NCBI GenBank assembly: GCA_963663225.1
Contig: OY760142.1
Location: 2,592,001-2,656,000, forward strand
Source: Nitrospirota bacterium
GTDB taxonomy: Bacteria > Nitrospirota > UBA9217
Direction of reading: 5' to 3'
Length of the DNA: 64,000 nucleotides
Position numbers and translations under genes: made by a program. Positions 1-9,177 of the stretch are shown here, piece by piece. A model generated the notes under the pieces. That model had not been told where the DNA came from. It searched no databases and saw only the letters and a program-made list of their open reading frames with translations. The number at the start of each line of letters is the position of its first letter. Position 1 is the stretch's first letter.

Positions 1-99
1 CAGTGGGGTGCGCAGGAAATGGCACTGCAGGACCAGGATTTCCGCTCTATTTTATCGCATTATTATCCCGGTACAGTACTCGCCCGGTTGAAAGAATGA
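1..99 (+). CDS. 3' end of SpoIID/LytB domain protein (partial)
   Basis: Frame 1 reads QWGAQEMALQDQDFRSILSHYYPGTVL...*, matching the SQxGA..MA..G......IL.HYYPG C-terminal motif of SpoIID/LytB. Confidence 0.8.
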   Translation, partial: QWGAQEMALQDQDFRSILSHYYPGTVLARLKE

Positions 100-150
100 C
101 GTATTCATTCTCCTGTCATGGATAATATCTTTGCTAAATCATGTTTTTTC

Positions 151-180
151 TTGACAGAAAAGCAGACTGGGTTATAGAAT
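151..180 (+). promoter_or_regulatory. sigma70-like promoter
   Basis: TTGACA (151-156), 18 nt spacer, TAGAAT (175-180). Confidence 0.5.
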
Positions 181-185
181 AAATC

Positions 186-935
186 ATGAAAAAAAGCATG
201 CAAAGACAGAAACCTTCTTTTCTCCTCGCCGTGACCGCAATATTCCTCCTGCTCATCGGAGTATTAACATTTCTTGCATATAAGAGAAACGGCATCTACC
301 TGACTCATGTTACGCTCTGGGCTGATATTGTGAAGCAGTCGCCTGAAAAACGCAGGGCACATGAGAATTATGGACAGGCGCTTTCAACTGCCGGCTACTA
401 CCCAGAAGCATTGCATGAATTCCAGACGGTGATGGCATTAAAGGATGATGGGAGTGTTCCTCCCCGCGATTTGTATCGCGAGATCGGGGTGGTTTACTAC
501 CGATTGGAACGATATGATGACGCAGTAACAGCGTGGAGGCAGGGATTAAAAGATTCCCCTTATGATCCCAGTCTTTTAAACAACCTGTCAGTCGTGATGC
601 TGCAAAAGGGCCGTTATGATGAAGCGGCAAAATACGCCCAGCAGGCGCTTGAAGGCTCGCCCGGGATGCCTCAGGCCCTTAATACCATGGCGCAAGTGTA
701 TCTTGCAAAACATGACTACGAGAAAGCCGCACGTTTTTTCCTGATGGCATTAGAACAGGATCCGGATGTGCCGCAGCGATACTGGAATGCTGCTCTTGCT
801 CTTGAAAAAATAAAAAATTATGAAAAAGCTTTTCAGTATGCAAATAGATACTTGTCGATGGAGAGAGAGCCCGAGGCCCGTCAGCGTGCATTGAGTTACT
901 TGCAACATCTTAGGAAGATCATGGGCAAGCAGTAG
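186..935 (+). CDS. Membrane-anchored TPR protein
   Basis: N-terminal TM helix, RN...LW.D.V..SP.K.RAH.N.G segment, then multiple TPR repeats. Confidence 0.85.
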   Translation: MKKSMQRQKPSFLLAVTAIFLLLIGVLTFLAYKRNGIYLTHVTLWADIVKQSPEKRRAHENYGQALSTAGYYPEALHEFQTVMALKDDGSVPPRDLYREIGVVYYRLERYDDAVTAWRQGLKDSPYDPSLLNNLSVVMLQKGRYDEAAKYAQQALEGSPGMPQALNTMAQVYLAKHDYEKAARFFLMALEQDPDVPQRYWNAALALEKIKNYEKAFQYANRYLSMEREPEARQRALSYLQHLRKIMGKQ

Positions 936-985
936 CATTAAGATCAGAATCGATCTTTTCCTTAAGCCGCGGTACGAGCTGTAAT

Positions 986-1023
986 AAAAAAGCCCCGAGA
1001 CATTTTTTTCTCGGGGCTTTTTT
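986..1023. terminator. Bidirectional intrinsic terminator
   Basis: aaaaaaGCCCCGAGA-catttttt-TCTCGGGGCtttttt between convergent genes. Confidence 0.85.
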
Positions 1024-1039
1024 ATCAGAGTAGATTGTT

Positions 1040-1885
1040 TTACTTCTGCTGGGCAGGTTTTGCTGGAGTTGGTTTCGGTTGCACCTGTGAAGCCGGTGCT
1101 GTCGTGGACGGTGCAGAAGATGTCGCTTTTATCGTCGAAGTTTGGCTTGACTGCGGTTGTTGCGCAGATGAAGAGGCGGCTGAAGCTGTCGTGCTTTGTT
1201 TTGATTGGGGTTCCGGAACTTGTTTTGCTGCAAGTTGTGCTGTTAAAGTGTTTTCTATAATTATCATTGCCTTACGGTCTTTCAGTTTAAAACCGGCATC
1301 AACCTGCTTTGATGAATACGCAGTTGCAATAAGGGCATCCTGGTTCACATTTCTTTTTTCGAGATACTTTATTAACTCCATCGACCGGTCAGCAGCAAGC
1401 AACCGCGCGTCCTTTGCAGGTATTTTCTTCTTTCCTGATCCTTGCGCCGAAACCGCTTGGGTCACATTGCCAATAGAGATATTTTTGTCTTTTAGGTTTT
1501 CGTTTTTGAGCAGCGATTCAAGCTTTAGAAGGAGCTGGGGGCTTTCTTTCGTGAATGTTTTCGACCCCGGCATATAAAGCGCATGCTCTGCAATATTGAC
1601 CACCACTTTGTTCCCGATAACGGAAACTTCCGCATTTCCGGCTTTTATCTCGTCATTAAGTCCGGAGGTGATTGCCTCTGCGATAGGTTTTGTCCAGGAC
1701 TTATCTTTGTTTTCCTGGTCCTTATATTTTTTCAACTCCAGCCTGGTTTTCTCCAGTTCAGATTTTCCGGATTGCAAACCGGCATACTCAGTGCTCATGG
1801 GCTGGTACAAAGAAACATAGAAAAATGCCGCACCACCCAAACAGACGAGAAGTAGTGCACTTAATACTATTACAAGTATCCTCAT
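1040..1885 (-). CDS. OmpA/MotB-like membrane protein with P/Q/S/T-rich tail
   Basis: TM anchor, coiled coil, MotB-like domain (EIKAGNAEVS...LY.PGS...LAADRS), low-complexity C-terminus. Confidence 0.7.
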   Translation of the reverse strand: MRILVIVLSALLLVCLGGAAFFYVSLYQPMSTEYAGLQSGKSELEKTRLELKKYKDQENKDKSWTKPIAEAITSGLNDEIKAGNAEVSVIGNKVVVNIAEHALYMPGSKTFTKESPQLLLKLESLLKNENLKDKNISIGNVTQAVSAQGSGKKKIPAKDARLLAADRSMELIKYLEKRNVNQDALIATAYSSKQVDAGFKLKDRKAMIIIENTLTAQLAAKQVPEPQSKQSTTASAASSSAQQPQSSQTSTIKATSSAPSTTAPASQVQPKPTPAKPAQQK

Positions 1886-2297
1886 AACTCCTCCTGGTCA
1901 ATTTTTATGAAGTATAACGTTTTTTTCAGCATGATGCCGAATGTATAAACCGAATATTTGTTGATCAAGACAAAAAATAATAGCTGTTCTTTTTATCACA
2001 GAAAACGTGTAAAGTCAATGAGTTTGTTGGATTAGATATATGGTGCATAGTTAGCATATAGCGAGTGGAACCGCTGATTTTGCCGATTAGTAATAATTTG
2101 AACTTTTTTTATCGGTGCGATAGGTATTTTCTAAAAATAATTGCGTTAAAGTATGAAAGACCTTGATTTTTAAACATTTTTTAAAGTATACTAATTGTAT
2201 TAGCACGATGAATTTTTTTGTTTTATATTTGTAGCTGTATTCGTTAGATCAGGCATTCACTATTATGTAGAATGCTGGCGGAGAAGGAGTGTATACA

Positions 2298-2636
2298 ATG
2301 ACAAAAAATAAGCATGTTGCGGATTTGGAGTTGCTCACACAGGAACTAACTAGAATGCGTGAAGACTTTGCTGCCCTTGCGACAACGGTAAAAGAACACA
2401 TAAATGCTAAAACAGAAGCAACTTTCAGTGATGAACATCAGGATGCGCATAGAGAAAACGGTCATCTCGGATGGTCAGATGTCCAGAAGGCTTTTGAAGA
2501 AACGAAAATTCGCAGTGAAAAAATGCTCAAAGATCTTGTGTCGGAAGTAGAACGTCATCCTATCAGAAGCGTTGTCACTGCAATGGGTATTGGTTTTATT
2601 CTTGCAAAAATTTTCGGTCGGGGGAGGAACAGCTGA
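2298..2636 (+). CDS. DUF883/ElaB/YqjD-like tail-anchored protein
   Basis: C-terminal VERHPIRSVVTAMGIGFILAKIFGR motif; RBS AAGGAG upstream. Confidence 0.75.
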   Translation: MTKNKHVADLELLTQELTRMREDFAALATTVKEHINAKTEATFSDEHQDAHRENGHLGWSDVQKAFEETKIRSEKMLKDLVSEVERHPIRSVVTAMGIGFILAKIFGRGRNS

Positions 2637-2637
2637 T

Positions 2638-2913
2638 ATGAAAGTCTTGGCAGATTTCATTATCGCTTTTTTTGATCTTTTGGAGGCTGAAGGGAGAACG
2701 TTGAGAAGAGCAGTGATGCAGGTAGTCTTGTGTATGGTTTTGTTGCTTATTGCTGCTTTGCTCTCGCTTGCAGCCGCAGGGTTCTTTCTGGTCGGGATGT
2801 ATCAGTATCTCTCCTTGTACATTGCTCCGCCGTTTGCAGCGCTGGTGTTGGCCTGTGTGTCTTTGTTGCTTGGGCTCATTGTTGCTGGCATCGCCCATTG
2901 GAGGACCCGATGA
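2638..2913 (+). CDS. Two-TM YqjE/holin-like membrane protein
   Basis: DLLEAEGR followed by two TM helices; directly follows the DUF883-like gene. Confidence 0.65.
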   Translation: MKVLADFIIAFFDLLEAEGRTLRRAVMQVVLCMVLLLIAALLSLAAAGFFLVGMYQYLSLYIAPPFAALVLACVSLLLGLIVAGIAHWRTR

Positions 2914-3266
2914 ATCAGAGGGAAGAAGTCAGAGAGCAATTTCGGTCCGCCGCAAAGGGAAGAACCGGTGCCCCTGTGGATGGTGCGGTTGAAGAAGCAA
3001 AAAGAAGGTTTCGTGAATCTGCCGCTGACCTCGACCGGAAAATCGGTTTGGAAAATATTACGCAACTCTCTTTGCGAGGCGGCATTCCGTTTTTTTTGAT
3101 GCTATTCAGCATGATAAAAGCACAACACTGGCTTGTGCCGATTTTCTCCGGTTTTTTGCATTTTGGCGGGAAAACGGTTGAAAGCGTCATCAGCATGCTG
3201 ACGCCCCACCGAAGAAAAAACGCTGTGCGTACAGCCGGTAAATCACAGAAAAAAAATCGAAGTTAA
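2910..3266 (+). CDS. Hypothetical protein, third gene of DUF883 operon
   Basis: ATGA overlap with the previous stop; GGAGG RBS. Confidence 0.55.
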   Translation: MNQREEVREQFRSAAKGRTGAPVDGAVEEAKRRFRESAADLDRKIGLENITQLSLRGGIPFFLMLFSMIKAQHWLVPIFSGFLHFGGKTVESVISMLTPHRRKNAVRTAGKSQKKNRS

Positions 3267-3350
3267 TTTTTGTTACTTGGACGTTCTGAACTCGGTTTCT
3301 CTATTTTGCTCTGCGGTACATACAGCAACCTGCCTGTTCTGAGAAAGATG

Positions 3351-3674
3351 TTACTGTACTCCGACAACGCTATTGTAAGTTCCATAGGGATTTGGGACCT
3401 TATCAGAACAGGACGGCTCCATGATCCAGACGCCGTCAACGATATATTTATACTCGTGATGTCCTGGCGGCAGATTTATGGTAATTTTCCAGAGGCCGCT
3501 TGCATCTTTTTTCATGGGTAGAGACCTGGCGTTCCATGCATTAAATGCTCCGGCCAGAAAAACTTTATCCGCACGCGGTGCGTAAAATGAGAATTCAACA
3601 GCGCGTTCATCAGGTCTTGCGTCAAGCCGTGCATAAGACGGCTGCATTTTTTTTATTTTTTTGAACATTCCCAT
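3351..3674 (-). CDS. CBM48/AMPK-beta-like glycogen-binding domain protein
   Basis: VFLAGAFNAW...PM.K...G.W...L.PG.HEYKYIVDG.W...NPYG..NS motif. Confidence 0.9.
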   Translation of the reverse strand: MGMFKKIKKMQPSYARLDARPDERAVEFSFYAPRADKVFLAGAFNAWNARSLPMKKDASGLWKITINLPPGHHEYKYIVDGVWIMEPSCSDKVPNPYGTYNSVVGVQ

Positions 3675-3943
3675 ATTTTGACCTCCTTTAAAGCTTTCTC
3701 ATACCAAGAGTGCTCTCGCATCCAAAAACGTCAGACGCACGTTTGTAATTCTTTTGCTTCTTCTCAAGCATCTGGCGGATTGTTTATGCAGTCAATGCTC
3801 AAGCAGTAATTCATCTTAAATTTAGCACAAGTCTTTTTTTTTACAATAGCACTTTATTCGTATTTCTGTGGATAATACACGGATTTATGAGGGAAACAGC
3901 AGGCAGGGAAGAGATGAATGAAGGGAGGTGAAAGAGAAGTATC

Positions 3944-6900
3944 CTAGTGATACGATACAGTCCCCGCACCGAGCACGGACTCGATTTCGCCTATAAGTTC
4001 ATCGTTCGGATTTACCCGGATCTCACGTCCCAGAGATATGAGTGATTCTTTGCGTGATGGATTTTGGAGCCGAAGATAAACAGGAATATCCCCTTTGTAT
4101 TGCAGAAGGATATTTTTAACCTTAAGGAGGTCATCCTGAGTAAGTCCGGTGGAATTTAGTTTGATATCCATCCGTTTTGTTCCTTTCTTTTTTACTTCGG
4201 TCAGGAGATGGATCCGTACAGCCTTGATTTTATTTCCCTGCTCACTTTTATCAAGCTGTCCGGCTATGATAAGCGGTGCGTCGGTAAGCAGCATGGAATT
4301 GGCCGTTTTATACAACTCGGGGAACACGATGACTTCCACGGTGCCGGTAAGGTCCTCAAGATTCATGATCGCCATCTTGTCGCCTTTTTTGGTTACTTTT
4401 TGCTTTAATCCTGCAATGATGCCGCAGATTGTCACTTCTTTGCCGTCCGGAATCTGTTCCAGCGTTTCTGTGGTGGACGACGTATAGCGTTTTATATCAT
4501 CCTGAAAAGCCGCCAAGGGATGGCCTGAAATATAAAATCCCATACTTTCTTTTTCATATGCAAGGAGCTGGCTTTCTTTCCATTCGCGGGTGTCCGGTAA
4601 AACCGCTTCTCTGTGAGTGTCAATAGTATCAAAAATACTGAACTGGCCGATCGCTTCCTGCTCCTGATGCTTTGCCGCGTGGTTCATCATCATATCAATG
4701 CCGTCCATCATCTGGGCTCTGCGGCTCCCGGTCCCATCCAGAGCGCCGCATTTAATCAAGGCTTCGATTACGCGACGGTTGACTCTTCGCTGGTCCACTT
4801 TATTGCAGAAATCTGCAAAGGACGAGAAAGGTCCTTTATTCTCCCGAGCTTCTATGATTGCATCAATTGCAGAAATGCCTACATTCTTTACAGCTGCGAG
4901 GCCGAAACGGATGGTGCCGATGGTGCTCCCTGGTTCGATATTGTCCCGATCATGCGCTTCGACAACGGTAAAATCCCAGCGGCTTTCGTTCACATCAGGC
5001 GGCAGAATATTGATGCCCATTTGACGGGCTTCGTAGATATATTTTACCACCTTGTCCGTGTCCTGGACTTCGCTGGTGAGCAGGGCGGCCATATATTCGA
5101 CAGGATAGTGGGCTTTGAGGAAAGCGGTCTGGTACGAAATAAGTGCATATGCCGCACTGTGAGATTTGTTAAAGCCATATTCTGCGAATTTGGCCATAAG
5201 GTCGAAAATTTTCTCAGCCTTGCCTTTGGGGATTTTATTTTTTTCCGCTCCGCTCATGAACCGCTCTTTTTGTTTTGCCATTTCCTCCGGCTTCTTTTTC
5301 CCCATTGCCCTGCGCAGAAGGTCAGCTTCTCCCAGGGTATAGCCGGCAAGAATACTAGAAATCTGCATAACCTGTTCCTGGTAAACAATAACACCATACG
5401 TATCTTTCAGAATCGATTCGAGCTGGGGAAGCTCATATACAATCTTGGTGGATCCTTTTTTTCGTTTTATAAAATCATCCACCATACCGCTTCCCAGAGG
5501 ACCGGGCCGGTAAAGAGCCACAAGGGCTATGAGGTCTTCAAAACACTGCGGTTTCATTTTGAGAATGATATCGCGCATTCCGGACGACTCAAGCTGAAAA
5601 ATTCCCTGATTATCACCGCGTCCAAGAAGTTCAAAGGCTCGTGCATCGTCAAGAGGAATGCGGCTCACGGAAAAAGCTTCCGTCTCGGCGATGGGGGCCT
5701 GTTGCTGTCGTTGATTGATCAGGTCTTCGGCTTTGCGGATTACTGTGAGGTTTCTCAAACCGAGGAAATCGAATTTTACAAGACCGATTTTCTCGACACC
5801 GTTCATATCGAACTGGGTCGTAATTTCATCTTTGGGAGTTTTGAAAAGCGGCAGGTATTCCGTCAGCGGTTCCTGAGAGATGACAACGCCTGCGGCATGT
5901 TTTGATGCGTGGCGTACTTGTCCTTCAAGATTAAGGGCAATATCCAGAAGCTCTGCCATGCGTGCATCTTGCCTGGATATTTCCTTGAATTTTGGTTCCT
6001 GTTCCATGGCTTCTTTGAGCGTGATATTAAGCTTGTTCGGAACAAGTTTGGCAAGTTTGTCGCACTCAGAATAAGGAATGTCCAGGACTCGTCCTACGTC
6101 CCGTATGACCCCTTTGGCCAGCATGGTTCCATACGTAATGATCTGGGTGACATGGTCCTGACCGTATTTTTCCGTTACATATTTGATGACTTCATCGCGG
6201 CGATCCTGGCAGAAATCCACGTCGATATCAGGCATACTGATACGTTCGGGGTTCAGAAAACGTTCAAACAGAAGATTATATGGCAGGGGATCAAGGTCAG
6301 TGATCCTGAGTGCATAGGCCACCAGGCTCCCCGCAGCTGATCCTCGGCCGGGTCCGACGGGAATGCCTTGCTCCTTGGCATGCCGAATAAAGTCTGAGAC
6401 GATGAGCATATAGCCGGCAAAGCCCATCTTCTCAATTGTTTGGATTTCGAACTCCAGTCTTTTTTGATATTTAGCGCGGTCTACGCTGTCGGATCCGCGT
6501 ACGGCGGCTATCTCTGCGAAGCGTTCCTCAAGTCCTTTACGCGCCAGTTCGGCCATAAAAGATTCTTTTGTGTAGCCTGCCGGCACGGGAAAATGAGGCA
6601 AGTGGAATTTGCCCAATTCAAGCTCAAGATTGCAGCGTTCGGCGATTTTGATGGTATTGGCGATTGCTTCAGGGAACTGAGAAAACGCTTTTTTCATTTC
6701 TTCCGGCGTTTTCATGTAAAATGTTTCAGAAGAAAACCTGAGTCGGTTCGCATCTTTTACAATCTTGCCGGTCTGAATGCAAAGCAATGCGTCGTGGGCC
6801 TTGTGGTCTTGCTTGTCCAGATAATGGCAGTCGTTTGTGGCTACCAGGGGAATTCCGGTTTCCTTGCTCAGTTTAACCAATTCCCGGTTCACTATTTCCT

Positions 6901-7462
6901 GCTCAGGAATGCCATTGTCCTGAAGTTCGAGATAGAAATCTTCTTTTCCAAAAATATTTTGGTAGTGGAGAGCCGTCTTCTTCGCTTCTTCATAGCGGTT
7001 CTGAATCAGAAGAGAGGGGATTTCGCCTCCCAGACAGGCAGAAAGGCCTATGAGACCCTCGCTGTGACCGGCAAGCAGCTCTTTGTCTATTCGTGGCTTG
7101 TAGTAGAAACCTTCGAGATATGCCGCCGTAACAAGTTTGACGAGGTTTTTGTAACCCTGCCTGTTTCGGGCGAGCAAAATGAGATGATAGGAGGCCTCTT
7201 CATTTTGGCCTGCTGGTGCTGTTTTGTCGAAGCGGGAGCCCGGGGCCACATAAATTTCACAACCGAGGATGGGCTTAATTCCCGCTTTCAGCGCTTTTTG
7301 ATAAAAATCAAGTGCGGAGAATACATTGCCGTGGTCTGTGACAGCGACGGCGGGCATTTTAAGCTCGACTGCCTTGTTAATTAATTTATCGATGCCTATC
7401 GCGCCATCTAAAAGGCTGTATTCCGTGTGGAGATGCAGGTGAACAAAATCGGCATGACGCAT
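3944..7462 (-). CDS. dnaE: DNA polymerase III alpha subunit
   Basis: PHP domain HLHLHTEYSLLDG, GPGRGSAAGS, PDIDVDF catalytic motif, FNKSHS, OB fold. Confidence 0.99.
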   Translation of the reverse strand: MRHADFVHLHLHTEYSLLDGAIGIDKLINKAVELKMPAVAVTDHGNVFSALDFYQKALKAGIKPILGCEIYVAPGSRFDKTAPAGQNEEASYHLILLARNRQGYKNLVKLVTAAYLEGFYYKPRIDKELLAGHSEGLIGLSACLGGEIPSLLIQNRYEEAKKTALHYQNIFGKEDFYLELQDNGIPEQEIVNRELVKLSKETGIPLVATNDCHYLDKQDHKAHDALLCIQTGKIVKDANRLRFSSETFYMKTPEEMKKAFSQFPEAIANTIKIAERCNLELELGKFHLPHFPVPAGYTKESFMAELARKGLEERFAEIAAVRGSDSVDRAKYQKRLEFEIQTIEKMGFAGYMLIVSDFIRHAKEQGIPVGPGRGSAAGSLVAYALRITDLDPLPYNLLFERFLNPERISMPDIDVDFCQDRRDEVIKYVTEKYGQDHVTQIITYGTMLAKGVIRDVGRVLDIPYSECDKLAKLVPNKLNITLKEAMEQEPKFKEISRQDARMAELLDIALNLEGQVRHASKHAAGVVISQEPLTEYLPLFKTPKDEITTQFDMNGVEKIGLVKFDFLGLRNLTVIRKAEDLINQRQQQAPIAETEAFSVSRIPLDDARAFELLGRGDNQGIFQLESSGMRDIILKMKPQCFEDLIALVALYRPGPLGSGMVDDFIKRKKGSTKIVYELPQLESILKDTYGVIVYQEQVMQISSILAGYTLGEADLLRRAMGKKKPEEMAKQKERFMSGAEKNKIPKGKAEKIFDLMAKFAEYGFNKSHSAAYALISYQTAFLKAHYPVEYMAALLTSEVQDTDKVVKYIYEARQMGINILPPDVNESRWDFTVVEAHDRDNIEPGSTIGTIRFGLAAVKNVGISAIDAIIEARENKGPFSSFADFCNKVDQRRVNRRVIEALIKCGALDGTGSRRAQMMDGIDMMMNHAAKHQEQEAIGQFSIFDTIDTHREAVLPDTREWKESQLLAYEKESMGFYISGHPLAAFQDDIKRYTSSTTETLEQIPDGKEVTICGIIAGLKQKVTKKGDKMAIMNLEDLTGTVEVIVFPELYKTANSMLLTDAPLIIAGQLDKSEQGNKIKAVRIHLLTEVKKKGTKRMDIKLNSTGLTQDDLLKVKNILLQYKGDIPVYLRLQNPSRKESLISLGREIRVNPNDELIGEIESVLGAGTVSYH

Positions 7463-7542
7463 AGATAGATTGAACCGGGTTGCTGCGGGGTGACGATTAG
7501 CAAAGCGACACTAGGGAGATCGCTTTACATTTTGGATTAAAA

Positions 7543-7618
7543 TGGAGGCGGCGATCGGATTTGAACCGATGAATGAAGGTTTTGCAGACCTCTGCCTTAG
7601 CCACTTGGCTACGCCGCC
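7543..7618 (-). tRNA. tRNA-Cys(GCA)
   Basis: Reverse complement GGCGGCGTAGCCAAGTGGCTAAGGCAGAGGTCTGCAAAACCTTC...GGTTCAAATCC...GCCGCCTCCA; cloverleaf with encoded CCA. Confidence 0.97.
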
Positions 7619-7699
7619 TTAAAACAAAAAAAGTTAAAAGCTAAAAGTTCGCGTATAGGCCGTGCCAAAACTTTTACCTTTTAACTTTTCGCGAGAACT

Positions 7700-7745
7700 A
7701 TGGAGCGGGTGGCGGGACTCGAACCCGTGACCCCAACCTTGGCAA
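7700..7745. repeat. att direct repeat: duplicated 3' half of tRNA-Gly(GCC)
   Basis: 46-bp exact match to 23461-23506; identity ends at the anticodon loop. Confidence 0.97.
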
Positions 7746-7863
7746 ACAAGCCGTAATAACGTTTAACCATTCCCCGCCTTGACCTTTCCTTGTCTTTTCA
7801 TGCCTTTAGTGTGCAATAGGTGATAAAGGCATTACCTTCTTTTGTCCTTTATTATACCCCTCT

Positions 7864-7896
7864 ACTAACACAGTTACTAGCACACCAACTGTCACG
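7864..7896 (+). repeat. Putative integrase arm-type sites (3 x 9 bp)
   Basis: ACTAACACA/ACTAGCACA/ACTGTCACG at 12-bp period; matched by ACTAGCACA/ACTGACACA at 23381-23400. Confidence 0.65.
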
Positions 7897-7904
7897 GAGA
7901 GCTA

Positions 7905-7933
7905 ATAATAAGAAACTTCACTGATTTTGTCAA
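7905..7933 (-). promoter_or_regulatory. Outward-facing sigma70 promoter at the left end of the element
   Basis: Minus strand TTGACA-N17-TATTAT. Confidence 0.7.
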
Positions 7934-7974
7934 GTTATTTGAAAATGAAAACGAAAAGGAAAAGGAGACTGAAA

Positions 7975-8298
7975 ATGAAAACGAAATTAAAAGTCAGTAA
8001 TCCCACCGAGCTATATAAATCCATTCAATCCAGCGTTAAACGCAGCTGTGTCAAGCATAAGAGCTTAATCAAAGAAATAAACCGCTACAAGTTGAATATA
8101 GAAGATGTCGATATTCTTTTTCAGACTATCGGAGACGATGAAGAGATAAGGTACAACCGTCTACAAAGAGGAAAAGAAAACCGGATCAGTGTCATTGTAG
8201 CTATGAAGCAGAGCCGTTTTGAGCCGGTTCAGCTCATTATTGATACTGGACTGATAAAAGAATTAGATAAACTAGATAAAGCAGGGACACCTGCTTAG
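7975..8298 (+). CDS. Hypothetical protein
   Basis: ORF with AAGGAG RBS before ATG 7975. Confidence 0.6.
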   Translation: MKTKLKVSNPTELYKSIQSSVKRSCVKHKSLIKEINRYKLNIEDVDILFQTIGDDEEIRYNRLQRGKENRISVIVAMKQSRFEPVQLIIDTGLIKELDKLDKAGTPA

Positions 8299-8327
8299 CA
8301 ACCAAATACTAAAAGGAGGGTAAAAAC

Positions 8328-8630
8328 ATGGAAAAGCTATTGAAAATAGACACTAGCAAAGACACTGGTGATGGAATGAAAGAAGCGAACAAAAGTCTAC
8401 TGGACGCAACCGATGAAATTGTCAAGGCACGTACAAAAATTGCGTTCTTGCTTAATGCAATATCTGGCGGAGAGCATGTTGATAGAGATTATTTCTTTAC
8501 AATAGACAATCCAGACGGACAGGAAGGTTTATGCTTTATTCTAATGGAAATTCACGAGCATCTTTGCCAGGCGATTAAACCACACTGGCTAGAAGGTGAC
8601 AGTAAACCAGAAGAGACAGTAACATTGTAG
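8328..8630 (+). CDS. Hypothetical protein
   Basis: AGGAGG RBS, 100 aa ORF. Confidence 0.7.
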   Translation: MEKLLKIDTSKDTGDGMKEANKSLLDATDEIVKARTKIAFLLNAISGGEHVDRDYFFTIDNPDGQEGLCFILMEIHEHLCQAIKPHWLEGDSKPEETVTL

Positions 8631-8637
8631 GCACTCG

Positions 8638-8672
8638 GCCCCCTGGGTGCGCAACCGGGGGGCTTTACTTTT
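8638..8672 (+). terminator. Intrinsic terminator
   Basis: GC-rich hairpin followed by TTTACTTTT. Confidence 0.65.
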
Positions 8673-8882
8673 CGAATAAGGAAGAGTAGACTTTTGAAGA
8701 CCGTATTAATAAACTAAAAGCCCATTTAGTAAAGCACCGAGACCAGCGCTTCATCTGGTTTGAACCAGACTCCCTTCATTCCTGGGACTAAAAAGGCTTT
8801 TACTTTAGTCCGGCGTGGCGTGTCAGTCGACACGCTTCACGCTGGATAGTTATATTATATCACTATAGATTAGGAGAAATAA

Positions 8883-9104
8883 ATGCCAAAACTTTCTGAA
8901 AAATTAGCAAAAGCACGAAAGGGGAAAAACTTATCAATGAGCGACGTAGAGCGTCTGTCTAGAAAGATTGCTACTGATTATCGAGGAAAGATAACGCAGG
9001 GTTATATATCGAGGCTTGAATCTGGCAGTGAAACAAACCCATCTTATCAGAAGATAATGACACTATCAAAAATATATAAAATTAAACCCGGCAGCTTATT
9101 TTGA
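8883..9104 (+). CDS. XRE/Cro-C1-type HTH regulator
   Basis: L..ARK.K.LS...V.....ITQGYISRLESG..NPS...I..LS..Y pattern. Confidence 0.9.
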   Translation: MPKLSEKLAKARKGKNLSMSDVERLSRKIATDYRGKITQGYISRLESGSETNPSYQKIMTLSKIYKIKPGSLF

Positions 9105-9177
9105 CATCAGTAAATTTTAAACTAAAACGGTATTTTCCTTATCTTCTTAGGACTGCTAAAGAAAAGGAGGCAAAAAA

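Noticed and set aside
4613-7384. Long plus-strand ORFs (430 aa, 314 aa and others) opposite dnaE
   Set aside because: Antisense shadows of a conserved gene with no recognisable motifs. The same applies to 34599..35414, 41390..42169 and 42538..43491.
7628-7689. Long inverted repeat and TGGCAC as a possible sigma54 promoter
   Set aside because: No GC at the -12 position; more simply a spacer hairpin of the tRNA-Gly/tRNA-Cys precursor.
7701-7745. Second tRNA-Gly gene
   Set aside because: Only the 3' half is present (no D-arm or 5' acceptor strand); it is the att duplication.
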